NCBI GenBank assembly: GCA_965649165.1
Contig: CBFGJT010000003.1
Location: 30,826 to 94,825, forward strand
DNA length: 64,000 bases
Source: a candidate division WOR-3 bacterium
Lineage (GTDB): Bacteria > Hydrothermota > Tepidihabitantia > Tepidihabitantales > Tepidihabitantaceae
Reading direction: 5' to 3'
Part shown: piece by piece, positions 43,442 to 52,781 of the stretch
Layout: each line of letters starts with the position of its first letter
How positions within the stretch are numbered: position 1 is the first letter of the stretch
The notes under the pieces: generated by a model
The model's input: only the letters and a program-made list of their open reading frames with translations
Told to the model about the DNA's origin: nothing
The model's database searches: none
Made by a program: the position numbers and the translations under genes

Positions 43442-44518
43442 TTAAATTATCAGTAACTCCTTGTCTGCCCTGGTGAAATTGCGAAGCCCGGTACTGGTAA
43501 CCAGCACCATATCCTCAATTCTTACCCCGCCTTTTCCCGAAAGATAAACTCCGGGCTCAACTGTAACCACATCACCCGGCTCCAGTATCTGCCGGCTGGT
43601 CCGGGCAAGAGCCGGTTGCTCATGCACCTCCAGACCAACACCATGGCCCAGGCTGTGACCGAAAAACTGTCCCAGTTGCTGCTGATTAAGATATTCCCTT
43701 GCCACCAGATCCACAAACTTGCACGGCACCCCAGGCTTCATCACTCCAAGCGCCTCCTGCTGTGCCTGCAGCACCGCCTCGTATATCCGTTTCAGTTCGG
43801 GTTCCGGTCTGCCCAGAAATACTGTGCGGGTCATATCGGCACAGTAGCCCTGATACCGGCAGCCGATGTCAAATGTGATCGCATCCCCCTTTTTCAATCG
43901 GCGTAACCCGGCCCGAGCATGAGGCTTAGCGCCATTCTCACCCGATGCCACAATTGAGGGAAACGCGGGCTCGCCAAACCGCCGAAAGTAAAACTCAATC
44001 TCCAGTGCCAGGTCCTGTTCAGTAACCCCCGGTTTCACCAGCTTGAGCGCCCGGTTAAACGCCTGTTCGGTAATCTCCTGGGCCCGCTGCATCCGTGCCA
44101 GTTCGGGACGGCTCTTTTTACGCCTCAGCTCCAGCACCAGATCTCGGACCGGAATCAGCCTTAACCCCTTGAGCTGCCGGCGTAGCAGCCGGAACCTTGC
44201 CAGACTCAGATTTCCTTCTTCCACTCCGATGCGCGGTGTCCGTTTCCCCCCCAGCATCCGGTTTAAATCGGCAACCGGAAACGAGCTGTAAAGATCACGC
44301 TCAAGGATTTTCTTATCACAGCCCCGGACCTCGGTTTTAATCTGCTCCTGATACCGAAAATCGGTATAAAAAACGGCAGCACGCCGGGTCACAACCATCA
44401 TACCGTTACTGCCAGTATAGCCACAGAGATAGCGAATGTTGTTCAAGCCGGAAATTATGATCCCATCCAGCCTTTCCCGGAGGAGCTTTTCTTGGAGCTG
44501 TGCGATCCTTTTCTCCAT
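43442..44518 (-). CDS. pepP: Xaa-Pro aminopeptidase/dipeptidase (M24B)
   Basis: DIGCRYQGYCADMTRT, HSLGHGVGLEVHE and VTVEPGVY metal-ligand motifs. Start set at MEKRIAQL (44518), downstream of the promoter. Confidence 0.85.
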   Translation of the reverse strand: MEKRIAQLQEKLLRERLDGIIISGLNNIRYLCGYTGSNGMMVVTRRAAVFYTDFRYQEQIKTEVRGCDKKILERDLYSSFPVADLNRMLGGKRTPRIGVEEGNLSLARFRLLRRQLKGLRLIPVRDLVLELRRKKSRPELARMQRAQEITEQAFNRALKLVKPGVTEQDLALEIEFYFRRFGEPAFPSIVASGENGAKPHARAGLRRLKKGDAITFDIGCRYQGYCADMTRTVFLGRPEPELKRIYEAVLQAQQEALGVMKPGVPCKFVDLVAREYLNQQQLGQFFGHSLGHGVGLEVHEQPALARTSRQILEPGDVVTVEPGVYLSGKGGVRIEDMVLVTSTGLRNFTRADKELLII

Positions 44519-44526
44519 CGGCTCAA

Positions 44527-44554
44527 ATTTTATAACCCAGCACCAAAATGTCAA
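44527..44554 (-). promoter_or_regulatory. Leaderless-type promoter of pepP-efp-accC-like operon
   Basis: Minus strand TTGACA (44554..44549), 16-nt spacer, TAAAAT (44532..44527), then 8 nt to the ATG at 44518. Confidence 0.6.
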
Positions 44555-44931
44555 ATCCTTACTTCCGACCGGGCGATTAATTCCTTATTAATATTATAGA
44601 GCCGGTTTTCCCTGCTTCAACCCATGAAGCCCATGTTGCCAACACATATTTTATCAACTACTTACATAATTATACCCCCTGGAATCCTACCCACCCCCCA
44701 GTTCCCCCCACCGTTGAATCCAGTCTGAGTAGCAGTCCTAACTCCGATCTGGTTGAATTTCATAGACTTACAACCGTACTCCTGCTCATTATTGGCCTAT
44801 CATCAAGCCCCTGTTTTATTTTATCTTTTGGTCCCTATCGCTCCTTTACCCTGGTCCCGCTGTTAACAGTTGACTTTAAGTCCACCACTGCTAAATTTCA
44901 CTTAGCAGGCACAAATCTGAAAGGAGGCGGT

Positions 44932-45450
44932 ATGGATTTTTATGAGGTAATTCGGAAACGACTCAGTGTTCGTGCCTACAGACCCGACCCGGTCCCGGAG
45001 GAAATTCTCAACCGGATTCTTGATGCGGGCCGGCTTGCACCCTCAGCGAAAAACCTTCAGCCCTGGAAGTTCATCATCATCAGGGATGAGAAAATCCGCC
45101 AGGCGCTCGTACCCGCCTGCCGTAATCAGCAGTTCATTGCGCAGGCACCGGTGATCATCTGCGCCTGCGCCCTACTGGAGCAGGCATGGAAGGGCATGGG
45201 CGGGTACTGGTCCGCAGCTGAGATTGATGTCACGATCGCGCTGGAGCATATCATTCTTGCTGCTGCCAACGAAGGGCTGGGCACCTGCTGGATCGGCGCA
45301 TTCATTGAGGATGAGGTGCGGAAGGTGCTGGAAATACCCGCGGGGGTGAAACCGGTCGCGCTCACTCCGCTCGGCTGGCCAGCTCAAGAATCCAGGCCCC
45401 GCGCCCGAAAGGAGCTGAAGGAGATTGTCTGCTATGAGCGCTTCTCGTGA
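44932..45450 (+). CDS. Nitroreductase family protein
   Basis: RLSVRAYRPDPVPEE..ILDAGRLAPSAKNLQPWKFI and GLGTCWIG motifs. AAAGGAGG RBS. Confidence 0.8.
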   Translation: MDFYEVIRKRLSVRAYRPDPVPEEILNRILDAGRLAPSAKNLQPWKFIIIRDEKIRQALVPACRNQQFIAQAPVIICACALLEQAWKGMGGYWSAAEIDVTIALEHIILAAANEGLGTCWIGAFIEDEVRKVLEIPAGVKPVALTPLGWPAQESRPRARKELKEIVCYERFS

Positions 45451-45890
45451 AGCAGTGCCAACTCCATGATCAGCGCATCCTCGCCGTTCTCGTAATAACC
45501 CTGGCGGATATAAGTAGGCACAAACCCGAACCGGCGGTAGAAACGCTGGGCACCGGTATTGGAAATCCGCACCTCAAGGAACACGCTTTCCGCCTGCTGA
45601 CTGTGAGCAAACTGCAGCGCCCGCCTCATCAAATCAGTCCCAACCCCTTGATTGCGCCATTCCGCAGCAACCGCAATGTTGGCAATATGGACCTCAACCC
45701 GGCCCCAGGCAATCAGATAGCCCACAACCCGGTTCTCATTCTCCGCCACCATGCACAGCCCATCCGGACGGTGAATATCAGAAAGGAAAAATGACCGGCG
45801 CCAGGGATTGGGGAAAGTGGTATGTTCGATCTCCAGGACCTGATCCAAATCCTGCTCCTCCATTCTCCGAATGGAAATCATATAAGTCAT
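45432..45890 (-). CDS. rimI: Ribosomal-protein-alanine N-acetyltransferase (GNAT)
   Basis: IRRMEEQDLDQVLEIEHTTFPNPW... and VAAEWRNQGVGTDLM (Q/RxxGxG) are typical of RimI. An alternative start lies 3 codons downstream. Confidence 0.75.
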   Translation of the reverse strand: MTYMISIRRMEEQDLDQVLEIEHTTFPNPWRRSFFLSDIHRPDGLCMVAENENRVVGYLIAWGRVEVHIANIAVAAEWRNQGVGTDLMRRALQFAHSQQAESVFLEVRISNTGAQRFYRRFGFVPTYIRQGYYENGEDALIMELALLHEKRS

Positions 45891-45891
45891 C

Positions 45892-45923
45892 GGCGGGCAG
45901 GAACTGATGCGCTCCTGCCCGCC
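45892..45923 (-). promoter_or_regulatory. Perfect 11-bp GC hairpin between the S8 protease stop and the rimI start
   Basis: GGCGGGCAGGA / TCCTGCCCGCC arms with a 10-nt loop. On the minus strand it ends 1 nt before the rimI ATG and has no U-tract. Confidence 0.5.
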
Positions 45924-45935
45924 TCCTTGTCAACC

Positions 45936-48900
45936 CTACTTGAGATAAACCGCCTTGGTCGTCATTATCTGCTCTTCACTCTCCAGTCGAACCAGATAGA
46001 CACCCTGTGCCACCCGGCTACCGGCATCATCCCTACCATCCCAGATCAGCTCGTATCCGCCCGGAGCAAGCCTGCGGTCAATCAACGTGCGGACCCGGCG
46101 TCCGGCTTTGTCATAAACCGCAACCCGGACCGCTGAACCCTGACTCAGCAGGAAGTGAATCTGCAGCCGGCTCCGGAATGCGGTCGGCAGCATGCTGACA
46201 CCGGTGAGAACCAGACCGGACATACTCCTGGTTTCTGCCAGCCCGACTGAGGGTGCATCGGTGGTCAACTTGATCGCCCGGCCCGGCACGATCGGTCCGG
46301 CAGCCCGGTGGAAGGTATCGTTGTAGACCACCTGAATCGCAATCGTCAAACTCGGATCCTGTTCGCCGATGGTGGCACTTGAGTTCCAATTCGCAGTCAG
46401 GTACTGATAGATTACCTCGGTATTACCGTCAGCAGCTGCCAGCGTTGTGTCATAGAAGACAATCTGCATTTTGTCCCAAGAGTCGCGCGGGTTGTAGTAA
46501 TGGACCGAATCCCACTCAACGATAAACCGGTGGTTTGCCGCATCATGATAATACCACACACCATTTCCGATCGGCGGATACAGATCGTCCCATTTGAGAC
46601 AGAACATCGGTGGCATCTGGCTGTTGGGCAACTGGGTATTAGACCAGGTGGTGGTTGTTGTGTAACCCGGTGCCACCCAGCCGTTGGAACAGATTGAGAT
46701 CTGGGTGTAGCGCTGACCATAGAACTTGATCGGACCAAACGCCGGCGGCAGGGTGATCTGTACCGTTTGGTCGTCATTCAGAGTAAGCCGGGTTCCGAGA
46801 TTGCGGATTTCAACCCAGGAGAAGGTCGGACGCTCCGCATACTCCACATCAATGTCATCATAGGCATAGTAGAGCGCGGGTTGACGCGGTCCGTCCGGGA
46901 TCGGGTCAATGGCGGTCAACCGACCCACCTCAATCCCGAAATAAACGGTCCGATCCGGATAACCGGTCTGGCTGATCCGCAGACTGCACGGAATAACAAA
47001 CTCGCGGGGAATTGATGCACTTGCCCGCACCCGGAAATGATCCGCCTCATTCATAGCCCAGGAGTCGGCAGGAATGAATCCGTAGAGGGCGCTGGAATCC
47101 AGAACCTCAAGCCGGGAATCAAGCGACCAAAGCACCACCTGCACATCGTAGGCGTTCCCCAGCCCGGAATTTACGAGCTGAATCGCAATGTCACACTCCT
47201 CACCGGGATCAAGCTTGCCATTACCGCCGTCATAGGCATAGACCGAATCACCGGCCAGCACCGGTGTGCCCACCTTCAGTTTCAGTGGTGAAACCCAGAC
47301 CGAATCCTGATCGTCCTGGACCACCAGCTCAAAATTGAGCGTGTAGCCATTGACACAGGAGTCGTCAACCGTAAACTGGAATCCGGGCAGGCCGGAAAAT
47401 GCGGTGTCACCTGCTTGGATCGTGCCGAAGCTCTTCACCGAATCGGTAATGGTGATGTGGCTCGAGTCTGAGGTCCGCAGGATGCCGGTTACCCCGCTGG
47501 TTGTATAGCTGCACTGATTCTTCACCCAGACCGGCAGATTGATCGCCTCGCCCGGATTGATAATCCGGTCATTATTGCCGCCTGCCGAATCATCAATAAT
47601 CGCCCGATACAGCCTAACCCCGAATGGCAACGGTGTGTTCTCAATGCACAGTTTGGCGTCAATTCTGCCTGTGCCGTAGGTATTGTTCTTCGGCGGTGTT
47701 CCGCGGGGCACAACCGAATACTGCATGATTGAATCAATCTCCTCGGGCAGAAGCAACGGATTCTTCTCCAACATCAGCGCCGCCACCCCGGCAGCACACG
47801 GTGTTGCCATTGAGGTCCCGGACATTCCGACATAACCGCCACCCAGCCGGCAGGAAACCACATCCACACCCGGTGCGGAAAAATCCGGTTTCAGCAAACC
47901 GGGGGGATAGGCATAGTCATTGTACGGCGGAATACTTGACCAGGAGACCGGACCCCAGGAAGTGAAATAGGCATAGTTGTCCGCCGAGTCGGTGGCACCG
48001 ATCGAAATCGCTCCACCCAGACCGCCTGCCATCTCTGCTGGATGCTTCCAAGGACCGGGGACATCACCCGGCGTCCGGACATTGTCCGGTGGACTGCTCG
48101 ACCCCTCATTACCCGCCGCGATGAAGTAGGGGAGCCCGGCAGCCGCCACATTGGTTACCGCCTGACGCCAGAGTGCCCGTCGGGGATTCCAGGAGTGCCA
48201 CCAGCCCAGGCTCATCGAAAGCAGGTGGGCATGATTCTCTGGCGACAGTGGCGGTGCGACGCAGAACTCCATTGAGCGGAAGACCGTATTTTCCGCAATT
48301 GTATCCGGCAGTGGTGAACTGAGGCTGGTTTTGGTCCGGCAGCTCATAACCTTGGCACCGGGAGCAATGCCGGTCGTATCACCACCTGTGCCGTCACCGA
48401 CATTAATTCCGCAGGTATGGGTGCCATGACCATTCGAATCCATCGGGTCGTTGTCGTTGTTCTCAAAGTCCCAGCCGTGATAGGGGTAGTTCGGGTCGGT
48501 CCACATCCGATTTGCCAGATCCGAGTGGTTGTAATCACAGCCGGTGTCGATATTGCCGATCACCACCCCCTGTCCGGTATAGCCGTAGACATACCAGACG
48601 CTGTCCGCCTTGACCTTGCGCACATGCCACTCCCGGCTGTCCGTTCCGCCGGTAACATCGGCTGCGGGCTGCTGCGGTGCAAGCCCGAGCGCATTCTCGG
48701 TCGGAATCAAATCCCACTGGACAAACCAGACATCAGCCCGCTCTGCCACCTTCAGAATCGCTTCGGAAACCAGTTCGCAGTAAACCGCATTCACAATCCA
48801 GAGCGGCGTGATGTTGCGTGCCTTACCTTCCTGTTCCAACCGGCTCAGCTCCTGAAGCAGACCCTGCTGGGTCCGGGCAGCAAGCTCCTTTAAACCGCTG

Positions 48901-49103
48901 ACCGTAACCCGCCAGCGCTCATCCTTGACCTTGATCGTCCGGACGATCTCCTCGCCATTAAACTGCTCTCTGAGGGCAATCACCACCGGCAGGTATTCAC
49001 TCTTGCTGGTGGTGCTCATCCGCTCCCAAAGTAGCGGTTCAATCGGTGCGCCGGCCACGAATGTGACCGCCACTACCAGCACAATCACAAATCTACCGTA
49101 CAC
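45936..49103 (-). CDS. Secreted subtilisin-like S8 peptidase with T9SS/FlgD-Ig-like C-terminal sorting domain
   Basis: Catalytic triad contexts VIGNIDTGCDYNH (Asp), HGTHTCG (His) and GTSMATPCAAG (Ser). Inhibitor_I9-like propeptide. C-terminus VAVYDKAGRRVRTLID..GGYELIWDGRDDAGSRVAQGVYLVRLES. Confidence 0.85.
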   Translation of the reverse strand: MYGRFVIVLVVAVTFVAGAPIEPLLWERMSTTSKSEYLPVVIALREQFNGEEIVRTIKVKDERWRVTVSGLKELAARTQQGLLQELSRLEQEGKARNITPLWIVNAVYCELVSEAILKVAERADVWFVQWDLIPTENALGLAPQQPAADVTGGTDSREWHVRKVKADSVWYVYGYTGQGVVIGNIDTGCDYNHSDLANRMWTDPNYPYHGWDFENNDNDPMDSNGHGTHTCGINVGDGTGGDTTGIAPGAKVMSCRTKTSLSSPLPDTIAENTVFRSMEFCVAPPLSPENHAHLLSMSLGWWHSWNPRRALWRQAVTNVAAAGLPYFIAAGNEGSSSPPDNVRTPGDVPGPWKHPAEMAGGLGGAISIGATDSADNYAYFTSWGPVSWSSIPPYNDYAYPPGLLKPDFSAPGVDVVSCRLGGGYVGMSGTSMATPCAAGVAALMLEKNPLLLPEEIDSIMQYSVVPRGTPPKNNTYGTGRIDAKLCIENTPLPFGVRLYRAIIDDSAGGNNDRIINPGEAINLPVWVKNQCSYTTSGVTGILRTSDSSHITITDSVKSFGTIQAGDTAFSGLPGFQFTVDDSCVNGYTLNFELVVQDDQDSVWVSPLKLKVGTPVLAGDSVYAYDGGNGKLDPGEECDIAIQLVNSGLGNAYDVQVVLWSLDSRLEVLDSSALYGFIPADSWAMNEADHFRVRASASIPREFVIPCSLRISQTGYPDRTVYFGIEVGRLTAIDPIPDGPRQPALYYAYDDIDVEYAERPTFSWVEIRNLGTRLTLNDDQTVQITLPPAFGPIKFYGQRYTQISICSNGWVAPGYTTTTTWSNTQLPNSQMPPMFCLKWDDLYPPIGNGVWYYHDAANHRFIVEWDSVHYYNPRDSWDKMQIVFYDTTLAAADGNTEVIYQYLTANWNSSATIGEQDPSLTIAIQVVYNDTFHRAAGPIVPGRAIKLTTDAPSVGLAETRSMSGLVLTGVSMLPTAFRSRLQIHFLLSQGSAVRVAVYDKAGRRVRTLIDRRLAPGGYELIWDGRDDAGSRVAQGVYLVRLESEEQIMTTKAVYLK

Positions 49104-49173
49104 TGTTCCTCCTTTAGCGTTTACATCTACATCTTATCTGAGAAATTACCAGAATCAAGCATGCAACTGAATA

Positions 49174-49201
49174 TTGACACTCCTATTAACCCGGTTATAA
49201 T
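49174..49201 (+). promoter_or_regulatory. Promoter of the riboswitch-btuB transcript
   Basis: TTGACA, 16-nt spacer, TATAAT, directly upstream of the riboswitch P1 stem. Confidence 0.6.
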
Positions 49202-49205
49202 AACC

Positions 49206-49391
49206 GCCGATCGTGGTCGACCCGGAAAACGGGTTGCCCGGAATCGGGCACAGGGAACGCCGTGAAAATCGGCGGCGGTCTCGCCCACTGTGAGCGGCAT
49301 TTTTACGCCCCATCAATGCCACTGGCTTCGGCTGGGAAGGCGATGGAGTGCGGCCGCAAGCCAGGAGACCTGGCCACGGTCAGAAGATCGG
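49206..49391 (+). promoter_or_regulatory. Cobalamin (B12) riboswitch
   Basis: CAGGGAACGCCGTGAAAATCGGCG core, CGCCCACTGTGAGCGG, GCCACTGG....GGGAAGGC, and the B12 box AGCCAGGAGACCTGGCC. P1 pairing of CCGATCGTGG with CCACGG..GATCGG. Located upstream of a TonB-dependent receptor. Confidence 0.85.
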
Positions 49392-49419
49392 TTTAACTTG
49401 CGCAGAAAGGAGAACCGCA

Positions 49420-51504
49420 ATGAACTTTCTGTCCCTGATTTTAATTATCACCAGCATCAACTTAAACCGCCAGATTATTGATGCGGTCACCGGTGAACCG
49501 GTACCCTATGTCCAGATCACCGTGCTACCCCAGGGCAGAACCTTTCTTGCTGACAGCACCGGCTACTTCTCTTTGGAAATTGACCAGCCCGCAGAACTGC
49601 TGACCCTGCAACTGGAACGGATCGGCTACCGCACCCGAACCTGGACCGCTCCGGCTGAGGTTCTGCCCGAACTGCTATCACTTTTCCCGCTGGCAATCCC
49701 CGTCAGCGGTGTCACCAGCACCGCGACCAGACTCAAGACCTCCTTGCCTCTTGCCGTCCCGTTACAGAACCGGAAACCTGACCTGATGCTGGTACCGGTA
49801 ATGAGTAGTCCGGCATTACTGCTCAGCCGGGCAACCAGCATTCTCGTTAATGATTACGGCAACCTTGCAACTCTGAATTTGCGCGGTGCCGGCCCGGAAC
49901 AGACCCTCGTCCTCTGGGACCGCATCCGGCTCAACTCCGGTCTCAACGGTCTTGCCGACATCACCCTACTGCCTGCAGGCCCGCTTGAACGAATTGAGAT
50001 TGCCCGTGGTGGCGCCTCGGCACTCTACGGCCCATCGGCGCTGGGCGGTGTCGTCAATCTGATAACCGAGGAACCCCGCAAGCGTCGGCTCGACCTTAAT
50101 GCCGGGCTTGCCTCATTCGGCACTCGCACTGCCGCACTTACCGCTTCATTTCCCGGTCCGATCAGCTGGCTTGCCGCCGGCGAATACTTTCACAGTGATA
50201 ACCGCTTTCCCTACCCTGACTCCACCAACTCAATCTGCCTGCGCACCAATGCCCGGCTCAGCCGCACCGCTCTGCTCGTCAAATCTCAAACCGCACTGGA
50301 TGCCCGCCAGTCGCTGATGCTGGAAACCCATTTCGGTATCAGCCGCCGCGGTTCCCCCGGACCTGTCACCTTCCCGAGCGACAGCGCCCGGCTTGATGAC
50401 GAACATCTGCTGGTCATTGCCGGCTATGACCTGCTTGAAAGTCCGGCAGGAAGAATGAGTACCCGACTGCATCACAGCCGGCGTAATGAACGCTATCACA
50501 ACCCGGACCAGTATTTCACTGCCAACGACACCCATAAACTCCAAAATACCGGTATTAACCTTAACCACGAATTTAATCTGTCATTCGGACCAATTACTTG
50601 CGATCTGCTGACCGGGATTGAAGCCGGTCATGAACAGGCGCAGAGTACGACCGTGGGCGGCCCAGCCCGGCTCAGCGCTGCCGGTTATATTGAAAGCGGT
50701 TTCAAAACCACACCAGTTCAGATTATACCCGCACTGCGCTACGAAATTCTGCAGAACCGGCATCCGGATGCGGTTGCAACCCTCGGCGCCCTGAGTCCGC
50801 GTCTGACCGTGACACTGACCCCGCACCCGCTTTTGAGTTTTTATTCCGGTGTCAACCGCTCCTTCCGCGCCCCCAGCCTCAACGAACTGTTCTGGCCCGA
50901 AGACCCCTGGACCCGCGGTAATCCCCATCTCAAACCGGAGTGGGGAACTGGCTATGATGCCGGCATCGGTATCAAACTGCCCGGCGGTGGTCTCCGGCTT
51001 AACGCCTTTTACTCTCGAATTCAAGACCTGATTCAATGGGTTGCCGATACGGGTTTTGTCTGGCAACCGGTCAACATTGCCCGGGTGCGGAGCCGGGGAC
51101 TGGAACTGGAACCGGAACTTGAGTTTCCTCGCTTCGGCCTGAACGGCAATCTGACACTTCAGGAATGCCGGGCAGAGAGCACCCTGATACCTTACCGCCC
51201 ACGGCTGACCGGCAGCGCCAGCATCTGGCTTGAGCCGCTGCGTTTACCCAGGACTGCGCTCCGGCTTCAGCTGAGCACAACCGGTGCCACCTCCAGATTC
51301 ACCAATTCGATCAACACCGATACCCTGCCTGGTTACCTGATCCTTGACCTCGGCATCAGCCTGAATCATAAAATCAACCCGGTCTCCCTTGGAATCAGTG
51401 CCGGGGTCCAGAATTTACTCGACCGACACTACGAACTGATCCGTAATTATCCTCTGCCCGGCAGAAGTTTTTATCTAAAAACCCGGCTCGCCCTGGGTCA
51501 ATGA
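49420..51504 (+). CDS. btuB: TonB-dependent receptor, probable cobalamin/corrinoid receptor
   Basis: AAGGAG RBS before the ATG at 49420. N-terminal CarboxypepD_reg-like domain, plug (..NLRGAGPEQTLVLWDRIRLN..IEIARGGASALYG) and beta-barrel. The track ORF start at 49348 lies inside the riboswitch. Confidence 0.8.
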   Translation: MNFLSLILIITSINLNRQIIDAVTGEPVPYVQITVLPQGRTFLADSTGYFSLEIDQPAELLTLQLERIGYRTRTWTAPAEVLPELLSLFPLAIPVSGVTSTATRLKTSLPLAVPLQNRKPDLMLVPVMSSPALLLSRATSILVNDYGNLATLNLRGAGPEQTLVLWDRIRLNSGLNGLADITLLPAGPLERIEIARGGASALYGPSALGGVVNLITEEPRKRRLDLNAGLASFGTRTAALTASFPGPISWLAAGEYFHSDNRFPYPDSTNSICLRTNARLSRTALLVKSQTALDARQSLMLETHFGISRRGSPGPVTFPSDSARLDDEHLLVIAGYDLLESPAGRMSTRLHHSRRNERYHNPDQYFTANDTHKLQNTGINLNHEFNLSFGPITCDLLTGIEAGHEQAQSTTVGGPARLSAAGYIESGFKTTPVQIIPALRYEILQNRHPDAVATLGALSPRLTVTLTPHPLLSFYSGVNRSFRAPSLNELFWPEDPWTRGNPHLKPEWGTGYDAGIGIKLPGGGLRLNAFYSRIQDLIQWVADTGFVWQPVNIARVRSRGLELEPELEFPRFGLNGNLTLQECRAESTLIPYRPRLTGSASIWLEPLRLPRTALRLQLSTTGATSRFTNSINTDTLPGYLILDLGISLNHKINPVSLGISAGVQNLLDRHYELIRNYPLPGRSFYLKTRLALGQ

Positions 51505-52779
51505 GGCTGAAGTATCGGCAGGAGACCGGCCGGCAGTGCGCATAATCGCAAGATAGCGATCGCGCACCGTTTGAAAATCGGCAAGGTAGCGGGCGGGCAC
51601 CGGCTCAGCACGCGGTGGAATCACCTTGAGCGGATTCACCGGCTTACCGTTCTGCCGGATTTCAAAGTGGAGATGAGGTCCGGTTGCCAGCCCGGTTGCA
51701 CCCACATATCCCACTGTTGCCCCTTGATGAACCCTTCTACCAACCTTGATACCCGGCCCGTAACTGGAAAGGTGACCGTAACGGGAAACAAGCCCACCAG
51801 AATGCCTTATCTCCACCATCTTCCCATACCCACCGTTCCAGCGCGCCATTGTGACCACACCATCAGCAATTGCGCTCACCGGCGTTCCGCGCGGTGCCAC
51901 ATAATCTACACCGTGATGGGGTCTGACTACACGCAGAATCGGATGAAACCGCATCCCGAAATACGATGACACCCGGGCAAAAGACAGGGGGGACCTCAGT
52001 ACCGTCTTGCGCAGCGACTGTCCCTTTTCATTATAGTAATCCCACCGTCCTGTTGGATCCCGATAGTAGAAACCGTAGACATTGTCGGTCCGGCTCCGGT
52101 AACGGACCGCATAAACCCGGCCGAACCGGTAAAACCTGCCATCCACCTCCAGCCGGTCGCAGAGCAGTTCGAAGGTGTCCCCGTTATTGCATTCGGTAAA
52201 GAAGTCAATATCATAACGCAGGATCTCGGCAAACTCCACCGCCAGCTCGGGCGTTCCACCCAGCTTCAGCAGTGAATTCCAGAGCGAATTTTCTACTGCC
52301 CCGCGGAGCACACACTTGACCGTATCCACCGGCCACATAATCTTCTCGGCAAGTGCAGTGCCATTACTGTCAAACCGCACCGCATAACTCACCACTGGAC
52401 TGGAGTGGTAATCAATACCGCGGAAATTCAGCCCCTGATAGATCAGCGTCACCGAATCACCCGGTGTCATCCTCCGAAAATTAAAATCCGCCTTTTCCAG
52501 CGCACGGTAAATCGCATTAATCTGCTCGGCTTTAATGCACCACCGGCTCAACAGTCCCGCGAGCACTTCCCCGCTCTGCAACCGGTCACCGCCATGGTAA
52601 GTGGATTCCGGTGAAGGAATCAATGGGGCACATACAGTTTGCGGTCCATAATGCTGTTTCCAATTTTGTAATTTCAGTCCCGCAATGATGGCTAAAAACA
52701 AAACCGCACTGCCAATGAAAACAAAAATTGCCACCCGTCTGGATGGATTTGACTTGGGAATCCGCTCGAAGCCTCCCAT
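51475..52779 (-). CDS. M23 family metallopeptidase
   Basis: HHGVDYVAPRGTPV..ADGVV and GATGLATGPHLHFEI motifs. N-terminal TM anchor. 30-nt convergent overlap with btuB. Confidence 0.85.
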   Translation of the reverse strand: MGGFERIPKSNPSRRVAIFVFIGSAVLFLAIIAGLKLQNWKQHYGPQTVCAPLIPSPESTYHGGDRLQSGEVLAGLLSRWCIKAEQINAIYRALEKADFNFRRMTPGDSVTLIYQGLNFRGIDYHSSPVVSYAVRFDSNGTALAEKIMWPVDTVKCVLRGAVENSLWNSLLKLGGTPELAVEFAEILRYDIDFFTECNNGDTFELLCDRLEVDGRFYRFGRVYAVRYRSRTDNVYGFYYRDPTGRWDYYNEKGQSLRKTVLRSPLSFARVSSYFGMRFHPILRVVRPHHGVDYVAPRGTPVSAIADGVVTMARWNGGYGKMVEIRHSGGLVSRYGHLSSYGPGIKVGRRVHQGATVGYVGATGLATGPHLHFEIRQNGKPVNPLKVIPPRAEPVPARYLADFQTVRDRYLAIMRTAGRSPADTSASLTQGEPGF

Positions 52780-52781
52780 AG

